From: Thermoplasmata archaeon
Lineage (GTDB): Archaea > Thermoplasmatota > E2 > JACPAO01 > JAHFTW01
DNA length: 28,098 bases
Assembly: GCA_034667805.1 (NCBI GenBank)
Contig: JAXDQQ010000313.1
Coordinates: forward strand, 1-28,098
Reading direction: 5' to 3'
Shown here: one piece after another, positions 1 to 6,609 of the stretch
Layout: each line of letters starts with the position of its first letter
Numbering within the stretch: position 1 is the first letter of the stretch
Notes under the pieces: model-generated
Told to the model about the DNA's origin: nothing
What the model saw: the letters and a program-made list of their open reading frames with translations, nothing else
Database searches by the model: none
Translations under genes and position numbers: made by a program

Positions 1-2
1 AC

Positions 3-950
3 CAGTACGTGCACAACGCCCTGGCCCTCGGGCTCAAGCCGGAGCGCGCGGAGTTCTACTTCCAGACCAAGCGGCACCGCGTCACCGACCTGGCGCACCG
101 CTTCTCGCAGAAGGTCAACTGGTCGACCTTGTCCTCCCTCTACGGCTTCACCGGCGAGACCTCCCTGGCGCACGCGATGGCGCCGATGATCCAGGCCGCC
201 GACATCCTGCACCCACAACTAGACTCGACCGGCCCTCGGCCCGTCCTTGTCCCCGTCGGCGTCGACCAGGACCCGCATGTCCGCTTGACGCGCGACATCG
301 CGCAGGATTCCCGCGCCTTCTCGCTGCAGGAGACCAAAGAGGGCGACCTCGGTGTCTTCGTCAAGGGCGACGAACGCGTCAAGGAACTCCTCGACCTGGC
401 GGAGCGCACCATCCGCGACCAGGGGTACGGGGAACTGAAGCGCAACGACCCGTACAAGGCGCTCTACGTCCGCAAGGCCGGCAAGACCGACGCGCGCCGC
501 ATCGACCTCGCCCTGGCCCGCGCCGAGGCGAAGGCCGGCGAGCCCGGCCTGCTGCGGCCGTCGGCGACGTTCCACCGCTTCCAGACCGGACTGACGGGCG
601 GCAAGATGTCCTCGTCCAAGCCCGAGACCAGCGTGTACCTCACCGAGTCCGTCGAGTCCGCCACCAAGAAGGTCAAGGCGAGCGTCACCGGCGGCCGCGC
701 GACGGCGGAGGAGCAGCGCCGCATCGGGGCGGAACCCGAAAAGTGCCCGGTGTACGAGTTGTACCTCTACCACCTGGCCAAGGACGACGCGCACCTGCAG
801 GAGGTCTACGACACCTGCCGCACCGGCAAGCGGCTGTGCGGCGGCTGCAAGAGCGAGGCCATCGGGTTGCTCGCCGAGTTCCTCAACGGCCACAAGGAGA
901 AGCGCGACGAAACGCAGCACCTCATCGCGACGGTCGTCTCGAAGGAATGA
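3..950 (+). CDS. trpS: Tryptophanyl-tRNA synthetase, archaeal type (5'-truncated by window edge)
   Basis: Frame is open from base 3 (QYVHNALALGL...). It contains the class I motifs HPQL, VPVGVDQDPHVRLTRD and KMSSS, a long insert before KMSSS, and C-terminal C-x23-C-x6-C-x2-C. Stop TGA at 948-950. Confidence 0.96.
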   Translation, partial: QYVHNALALGLKPERAEFYFQTKRHRVTDLAHRFSQKVNWSTLSSLYGFTGETSLAHAMAPMIQAADILHPQLDSTGPRPVLVPVGVDQDPHVRLTRDIAQDSRAFSLQETKEGDLGVFVKGDERVKELLDLAERTIRDQGYGELKRNDPYKALYVRKAGKTDARRIDLALARAEAKAGEPGLLRPSATFHRFQTGLTGGKMSSSKPETSVYLTESVESATKKVKASVTGGRATAEEQRRIGAEPEKCPVYELYLYHLAKDDAHLQEVYDTCRTGKRLCGGCKSEAIGLLAEFLNGHKEKRDETQHLIATVVSKE

Positions 951-1002
951 AGCGCTAGACGCAACGCATCCCGCTCCACGTTCCTGCTTCCCGACGAGGC
1001 CA

Positions 1003-1194
1003 CGTCTTCCGCCGTCGTCCGGCGTCGGGGGGCCGCGGATTGAACCGATTGCCCAGATTCAGCAGAACCTTGGTTCGCAATCGGTTCAATCTGCTCAATC
1101 CCAGGTCCCCCACACAAACTGCGCGGCGCCCGATCCCAAGAGGGCCAAGCCGATGAAACCGGCGCCACGCCCACGACGCCGACGGCGGAAGGCG
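1003..1194. repeat. Long-range inverted repeat (MITE-like or structured RNA) enclosing the 1037-1101 palindrome
   Basis: CTTCCGCCGTC (1006-1016) is the exact reverse complement of GACGGCGGAAG (1181-1191). GGCGTCG (1021-1027) pairs with CGACGCC (1174-1180). A 4-nt bulge (1017-1020) lies between the two helices. Confidence 0.55.
1037..1101. repeat. REP-like palindrome made of 9-bp-periodic GATT/AATC units
   Basis: GATT at 1038, 1047, 1056 and AATC at 1079, 1088, 1097. Perfect 15-bp inverted repeat GATTGAACCGATTGC (1038-1052) / GCAATCGGTTCAATC (1077-1091). Confidence 0.85.
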
Positions 1195-1282
1195 GTTGCA
1201 CGTCATCCGGGGAACCGAACGGGCGCCATCGTTCCACACCCTTGGCACAACGTGTATCAAGCAGCCCCCCCGTCGGCCTGCG

Positions 1283-2902
1283 ATGAGACCTTCGGCGCTC
1301 GCCATCCTTGGGCTCGTGGTCCTCCTGACCCCGGCCATGGGAGGCTGCCTGGAGAAGCTGGGCCTCGGCGGCCTGTCGCGCCCCGACTACCACGTCTCGC
1401 GGACGCCGCTCGCCGCCAACGACTGGAACACGGACGGCACGTTCACCGTGCAGGTCGACCAGGCGGAACCGGTCGAGGTCGTCATCGACGCCACGCCGCA
1501 GTACGGGGCCAAGATCCGGAAAGCCGGCCTTTCGGACATCGACACGCCCGTGACCGTCGACCTGCCCGACGGGACGTGGACCGTGACCTACTCCATCGGG
1601 GGCCACAAGTGGGAGACCTTCGAGGGCGTGCGCATCGACACCGTGCCCCCCGAGATCACGGGACTCCCGAACGTCGTACGCGCACCGACCGGCTCGGCCA
1701 CCGTGGGCACCGGCGCCAACGTCGAGGCCGACGCCGAGCTCGTCGTGCGCAAGCAGGATGGGACGTTCGTCGCGGACTCGCTGCCGTTCCAGGTCTCCGG
1801 GCTGGCCGACGGCGTGCACGTCTACCAGATGGTGGCCACCGATCCCGCCGGCAACGAGGCGTCCGCCACGGTGCAGGTGCTCAGCGGCTCCGCCCAGGAG
1901 CTGCCCGAGCCGAAGTACACTGCGGGCATCGTGGCGCGCTACACGACGGAGCTGCGGCTGTGGGACCTCACGCACATGGACGACTTCGTGTCGCCAGCCA
2001 CCGCGCGCGCCACGGCGCCAGACTATCTGGGCTCCGGCCAGGGCGTGACGCCCGACGACCCCGCGGTCAAGGACATCGTGGCGCAGGTCGTCCAGCCGGG
2101 GATGACGACCGGCGAGGCGGCGCTCGCCCTGTACCGATGGATGTACGACCACCTCGAGTACGACAAGGCCCGCCTCGAGGAGGACGACCTCTTGGACCCG
2201 GCGCAGACCATCCAGGCCGGCGGCGGCGTCTGCCGCGACCTGGCCGGGCTCTACGCCAGCCTGCTTCGCGCGGCCGGGATTCCTGCCCGCCTCGTGGCCG
2301 GCTACCTGGCGGGCGAGGTCAACGGCTTCCACGCGTGGGTCGAGTTCTACGGCGGCTTCGGCCCGTCGGCCTGGGTGCCGGTCGACGTCAGCGGCATCAA
2401 CGGGCCGTACAAGGTGTCGGGGATGCTGCAGTCCTTCGCCATCGCCTTGCCCGAGCACCTTGCCATGCGGGCCTTGACGCCGGAGGAGGAGCAGACCGAT
2501 TGGAGCACTGCGGCCCTCCTGTCGTTCCGCTTCCACGAGCCGAACGCGCCGTTCCTGAAGGACGTCTCCTTGCCCTTCCAGCCGACGACGCAGAACCTCT
2601 GCGTGAACCTCGACACCTTCGCCCGGGCCGCCCGCAGCAACTGCGGCCGCGAGCACAACGCGAAGATCGACAATTTCCCAGTGTTGGCGGTGCGCATCCT
2701 GGACTACGGCATCGACGTCAAGAGCGCCCCCGACGGAACGGAGCTCACCCTGTCCATCGTCTATCCGGATGCGGGGACGGTGAGCCCGGACGAGGTGACG
2801 TACCGCACCTACTTCGAGCCGAAGCCCGGCAGCGGCCTCAGCTCCGGCGGCTTCCACGAGGACACCAGCACCGGGCGCGCGGTCGCGACCATCAACGCGT
2901 AG
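1283..2902 (+). CDS. Lipoprotein with Ig-like domains and a transglutaminase-like (Cys-His-Asp) domain
   Basis: ATG 1283 gives signal peptide MRPSALAILGLVVLLTPAMGG-C (Cys22). Motifs GVCRDLAGLYASLLRAAGIPARLVAGY (Cys 2231), FHAWVEFY (His 2330) and WVPVD (Asp 2384). N-terminal part has Ig-like strands (RIDTVPP, VATDPAGN). Confidence 0.9.
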   Translation: MRPSALAILGLVVLLTPAMGGCLEKLGLGGLSRPDYHVSRTPLAANDWNTDGTFTVQVDQAEPVEVVIDATPQYGAKIRKAGLSDIDTPVTVDLPDGTWTVTYSIGGHKWETFEGVRIDTVPPEITGLPNVVRAPTGSATVGTGANVEADAELVVRKQDGTFVADSLPFQVSGLADGVHVYQMVATDPAGNEASATVQVLSGSAQELPEPKYTAGIVARYTTELRLWDLTHMDDFVSPATARATAPDYLGSGQGVTPDDPAVKDIVAQVVQPGMTTGEAALALYRWMYDHLEYDKARLEEDDLLDPAQTIQAGGGVCRDLAGLYASLLRAAGIPARLVAGYLAGEVNGFHAWVEFYGGFGPSAWVPVDVSGINGPYKVSGMLQSFAIALPEHLAMRALTPEEEQTDWSTAALLSFRFHEPNAPFLKDVSLPFQPTTQNLCVNLDTFARAARSNCGREHNAKIDNFPVLAVRILDYGIDVKSAPDGTELTLSIVYPDAGTVSPDEVTYRTYFEPKPGSGLSSGGFHEDTSTGRAVATINA

Positions 2903-2934
2903 GCCGGCGCCGACGATACCGACCGGCCGCGAGA

Positions 2935-2985
2935 CCGCGGAACGCGCGGAAACCCCCTTTTCGGCCCGTTCCGTGCGTTCCACGG
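2935..2985. repeat. REP-like palindrome with 9-bp-periodic CGCGGAA/TTCCRYG units
   Basis: CCGCGGAACGCGCGGAA (2935-2951) pairs with TTCCGTGCGTTCCACGG (2969-2985): 15 Watson-Crick pairs, 1 G-U and 1 mismatch, 17-nt loop. CGCGGAA occurs at 2936 and 2945. Lies 32 nt after the stop at 2902. Confidence 0.75.
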
Positions 2986-3219
2986 CTTCATTGGAAGGAC
3001 GGTCGCGGACGCGCAGCCAGGGGGTCGCGCGGACCCGCGCACGCCGATGATGCGCAGCGCCGCGATGGAGCCTCAACAGAGGCCGCGCGAGGCGCTGATT
3101 TCCACGCGCGGGTTCATTTCCTTTGGAACTGGGTTTCCTGATTTCTTCTGATTTTCTCTGCGCAGTCCGGTTGAATCCAGGATTTGCGATGAAAAAGCAG
3201 CACAAGACGCGCATGTGTA

Positions 3220-3236
3220 AAGCAAAACTTATAGCA
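3220..3236 (+). promoter_or_regulatory. Archaeal BRE-TATA promoter of AbrB cassette 1
   Basis: AAGCAAAAC-TTATAG (TTATAG 3229-3234) in an AT-rich island about 60 nt upstream of ATG 3294. Confidence 0.7.
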
Positions 3237-3293
3237 GGTGCATTCGTGGGGCGGCCTTACCTGGCTTCGGCCGGGTGGTCGGTCGGTCCACAA

Positions 3294-3479
3294 ATGCGAT
3301 TCGTGAAGCGTGTCAATGAGCGCGGTGTCGTGACATTGCCCACGGAGGTCCGCGAGGCCCTCGGCGTGGACGAAGGCGACATCGTCGAGTTCGAGATCCT
3401 CGGCATCGCCCGCAAGGCCTCCGACCGCAAGGGCGCTCCCTCCAAGGACGCCAAGCCCGCCACCGGAGGCAACGCATGA
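3294..3479 (+). CDS. AbrB/MazE/SpoVT-family DNA-binding protein (solo), copy 1, 61 aa
   Basis: MRFVKRVNERGVVTLPTEVREALGVDEGDIVEFEI matches the swapped-hairpin pattern (xxxRGxVTLPxEVRExLGxxEGDxVEF). Start follows the TATA box. Stop overlaps the next ATG (ATGA 3476-3479). Confidence 0.88.
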   Translation: MRFVKRVNERGVVTLPTEVREALGVDEGDIVEFEILGIARKASDRKGAPSKDAKPATGGNA

Positions 3480-6241
3480 GCCGCGCCTCCTCTCCTCAGT
3501 CCCTTTCCCAGAGTGCATCCCTTTCCCAATCCAAGACCCAGAGGAATCCCATGTCCGCCGTGCGCCCGCTGATGATCGCCACCCTGTTCGCCCTGGCTTC
3601 GCTCGCTGCGATGCCCATCGCGCAGGCGCAGACCCAAGTCGACTGTACCGGCCTCCCGGACAGCTTCGACGGATGCACCATCCAGAGCCCCGGCGGCGCC
3701 GTCGGCGGCACGGACGGCTGCTTGACCGATGGTGGCGGTGCCGGCACCACGGTCGAAGATCCCTGCTGGGGCGACCACGTCACCATCACCCTCGAGGACG
3801 GCGGCAAGACCATCCACGTCCACTTCAACAAGGCCGCGCCCGGCGTGAGCGTCTTCCCTGACGCTGACTCGGCCACTGAGGACCTCTATCTCAACGCCGC
3901 CGGCGACATCGACGGCGACGGCGACAGCGACCAGCGCGAGGCCTTCTCATGCGTCAGCAACCCGTTCAACCCGGCCTCCGACTGCGAGGACGTCGACGGC
4001 GACGGCCTCGAGTACTACACGGCGGACATGTCCCACGCGCAGTGCACCAACGCCGGCGGCTCCTACAACGACGGCGAATGCTTCGTCGACGAGGAGACCA
4101 ACTGCCCCAACCACGACACGGGCAAGACCTGCGACCCGAACGATCCCAACTCGGACAACGAGGGCGCGAACGACCGCCTTGACCCCCGGCCGACCGACCC
4201 GAACAACGGCCGGACCGACGGCGACGGCGACGGCGACTTCGACGACGCCGACAACTGTCCGACCGTCCCGAACGGCGACCAGGCCAACTTCGACGGCGAC
4301 GCCAACGGTGACGCCTGCGACGCCGACGACGACAACGACGGCCTCCCGGAGGACGGCTCCGACCCTTGCCCGAAGGACGCGACCCAGGAATGCCTGAACG
4401 ACGGCCCCAACGGCTGCTTCGACAGTGACGCCGAAGACTGCCTGGGTCTCGAGGGCTTCATCATCTGCGACACCGACATCGACATGGGCGGGACGTTCGG
4501 CTGCATCCCGCCGGCCTTCGCCCTGCCTCCCGAGTACCGCTTCATGAAGGACCAGTACCCGTGGTACTGCGACCCGACCGACGGCCACTCGCTGGACCCG
4601 GAAGCCCCCTATCTGGACTACGCCATCGCGGCCTTCTTTGAGGCTCTCGGCGACCCGCCCGCCGGACCAGCCCCCAACCCCGAGGACACCGTCGCCCAGT
4701 ACGGGGAGTGCGTTCCCGATGGGCTCCCGGTCGGTCCCCCCGACGGCGTCCCGGACGTGTGCGCCTCCTACCCGGTCCCCGTGTACTGTGTCCCCGCTGG
4801 CGGCGTGCCTGACGTGTGCGACGACGTGGCCGAAGTCCCCGGAGTCTGCACGAGCCCGTGCGTCATCAGCGTCCCGGTCGCTTGCGGCCCGTCCCCTGAG
4901 ACGCCGGCCGACCTGCAGGACCCCTGGGACATCGACGGCGACGGCAAGCGCAGCGAGTCCGACGGCCAGGCCGACTTCGTCGAGCAGCGCATCGGCTACG
5001 TCGACATCGACGAGTCGGCGGACAGCATCCGCGAGAAGAACAACGACCTCGAGGGCATCACTGGCGCCACCGTGGTCCTGTTCAAACCGCAGCCCCTCGA
5101 CAGCTCGCCCGCCGTCCTGGCCCGCATGCACATCGGTGACATCAGCGGCACCGGCGCCAACGAGCTCATCACCGTGGACGGCCGCGGATCGACCGGCTAC
5201 TACACCTGCGTGTACATGGCTGGCGGCGAGCTACGCTTCACAGTCGACGGCACCTCGTTCAACCCGGCCCTGCAGAACCCCTGCGGCCACGAGGACACGG
5301 TGCCCATCCTGGCGAACGAGCGCGTTTTCCTCGTCGACTTCGAGGACGCCAACCGCGACCACCTCCCGGAGAGCGTCGCCGTCCGCGACGTCATGTCGGA
5401 GGACTGCGGCACCCTGCCCGGCGGCGTGCCCGACCCGCGCGCCTGCCCCTTCGGCGAGCCCGCGGCCTTCGGTCTGCCGACGGACCCTTGCGAGGTGTCG
5501 GCCGACCTGTGCGCCGCGCTCGAAGACCCGTGCGTGATCGCGCCGGTGCCGGGCTACTGCGAGGACCTCCCGCTGGATTGCGATCCGACGGATGACCCGA
5601 CGCTCTGCGTGCCCGCCGACCCTGGCGGCCTGCCGTGCGACCCGACGGCTGAGGCCGACCCGACGGTCTGCCTTGACCCGTGTGCGCTTGACCCGGCCGG
5701 CGTCTTCGCCGACTTCTGCGGCCCCGCTTGCGAAGACGGCGACGAGGACATCGACGGCGTCTGCGACGCGGCCGACCAGTGCCATGGCACCGACACCGGC
5801 GTCCAGGTCAACGATGCCGGCTGCCGTGACGACGATGGCGACGGCGTCCCCAACGACGAGGCCCCTTACAACGGGGACGCCTGCCCGACGGTGGCCGCCA
5901 ACACGGCCAACGGCTGCCCTGTGGAGGAGCCGCCGGCGGAGTGCACGCTGGACGACCCGATGAGCTCGGACGAGTGGCCTGTCTGCGCGATGCCCTGCGA
6001 CCCGACGGTCGACCCCGAGTCGTGCGCTGACACCAGCGCGCTCGACGGCGTCGTCACGATGGTCACCGACCTTATCGGCGGCGGCATCGAAGACTGCGAC
6101 GGCGCGGACCACAACCCCACGGGCGCGGCGGACGGCTACTACGCCTGCAGCGGCACCGACGGCGGCGTCGGCAAGCTCCTGCTCGGCGACGCCTGGCCCG
6201 GCTTCTACTTCCACTTCGGTGGGACGAAGATCACCGTCTAG
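3476..6241 (+). CDS. Large secreted acidic Cys-rich protein with thrombospondin type-3-like/DxDxDG Ca-binding repeats (alternative start ATG 3551)
   Basis: Signal peptide MSAVRPLMIATLFALASLAAMPIAQA begins at 3551. TSP3-like DGDGDGDFDDADNCPTVPNGDQANFDGDANGDACD and DDDGDGVPND...DACP. 52 Cys by manual count. No C-terminal TM segment. GGAGG precedes 3476 and AGAGG precedes 3551. Confidence 0.88.
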   Translation: MSRASSPQSLSQSASLSQSKTQRNPMSAVRPLMIATLFALASLAAMPIAQAQTQVDCTGLPDSFDGCTIQSPGGAVGGTDGCLTDGGGAGTTVEDPCWGDHVTITLEDGGKTIHVHFNKAAPGVSVFPDADSATEDLYLNAAGDIDGDGDSDQREAFSCVSNPFNPASDCEDVDGDGLEYYTADMSHAQCTNAGGSYNDGECFVDEETNCPNHDTGKTCDPNDPNSDNEGANDRLDPRPTDPNNGRTDGDGDGDFDDADNCPTVPNGDQANFDGDANGDACDADDDNDGLPEDGSDPCPKDATQECLNDGPNGCFDSDAEDCLGLEGFIICDTDIDMGGTFGCIPPAFALPPEYRFMKDQYPWYCDPTDGHSLDPEAPYLDYAIAAFFEALGDPPAGPAPNPEDTVAQYGECVPDGLPVGPPDGVPDVCASYPVPVYCVPAGGVPDVCDDVAEVPGVCTSPCVISVPVACGPSPETPADLQDPWDIDGDGKRSESDGQADFVEQRIGYVDIDESADSIREKNNDLEGITGATVVLFKPQPLDSSPAVLARMHIGDISGTGANELITVDGRGSTGYYTCVYMAGGELRFTVDGTSFNPALQNPCGHEDTVPILANERVFLVDFEDANRDHLPESVAVRDVMSEDCGTLPGGVPDPRACPFGEPAAFGLPTDPCEVSADLCAALEDPCVIAPVPGYCEDLPLDCDPTDDPTLCVPADPGGLPCDPTAEADPTVCLDPCALDPAGVFADFCGPACEDGDEDIDGVCDAADQCHGTDTGVQVNDAGCRDDDGDGVPNDEAPYNGDACPTVAANTANGCPVEEPPAECTLDDPMSSDEWPVCAMPCDPTVDPESCADTSALDGVVTMVTDLIGGGIEDCDGADHNPTGAADGYYACSGTDGGVGKLLLGDAWPGFYFHFGGTKITV

Positions 6242-6244
6242 GCC

Positions 6245-6305
6245 CCGACAGCCCCGTCGGATTCCTTCCCCCCTTTTCCTCCCTTTTCTGGTTCTTTCAG
6301 TTTCT
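6245..6305 (+). terminator. Short hairpin plus long pyrimidine tract (archaeal-type terminator)
   Basis: CCGAC/GTCGG stem (6245-6260) followed by TTCCTTCCCCCCTTTTCCTCCCTTTTCT... directly after stop 6241. Confidence 0.65.
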
Positions 6306-6327
6306 ATCCACTAAATTCTGAGGATGT

Positions 6328-6364
6328 CTGAAAATTGCCGACAGTTTCAGGCAAATCTTATAAT
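6328..6364 (+). promoter_or_regulatory. Operator-like inverted repeat plus BRE-TATA of AbrB cassette 2
   Basis: CTGAAA...TTTCAG inverted repeat (6328-6333/6345-6350) directly upstream of GCAAATC-TTATAA (TTATAA 6358-6363), 34 nt before ATG 6398. Confidence 0.7.
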
Positions 6365-6397
6365 CCCCCCGAGGGTGGCCGTGCCCGGTCGTCGGTG

Positions 6398-6598
6398 ATG
6401 CGGTTCCTACGCAAGCTCGGACAGCGCGGCAGCTTGACTCTCCCCAGCGAGCTGCGCGAAGTGCTCTCCATCAGTGATGGCGACCTGGTCGAGTTCGAGG
6501 TCGTCGGCGTCGTGCGCCGCGGCTCGAAGACCTCCGCCGTCCCCGCGACGTCCCCCTCCTCCTCTCCCGCGAACGCCCCCGTCCCGATCGAATCCTAG
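6398..6598 (+). CDS. AbrB/MazE/SpoVT-family DNA-binding protein (solo), copy 2, 66 aa
   Basis: MRFLRKLGQRGSLTLPSELREVLSISDGDLVEFEV. 21/43 identical to copy 1 by manual alignment. The TTG start at 6335 in the ORF track would include the TATA box. Confidence 0.88.
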   Translation: MRFLRKLGQRGSLTLPSELREVLSISDGDLVEFEVVGVVRRGSKTSAVPATSPSSSPANAPVPIES

Positions 6599-6609
6599 AG
6601 GCCAAGACC

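Noticed and set aside
951-1282. RNase P or SRP RNA in the long trpS downstream gap
   Set aside because: The conserved signatures (GAGGAAAGUCC for RNase P; the SRP helix 8 GNAR/AGCAG context) were not found in a convincing structural setting.
3123-3293. Upstream starts given in the ORF track (1196, 3123, 6335, 19206)
   Set aside because: The extensions run through AT-rich promoter or TATA sequence, or delay the signal peptide or domain start. Downstream ATGs (1283, 3294, 6398, 19221) fit better.
3294-6598. AbrB/MazE genes as type II toxin-antitoxin antitoxins
   Set aside because: No PIN/VapC, MazF or other small toxin ORF is adjacent; the downstream partners are large signal-peptide proteins.
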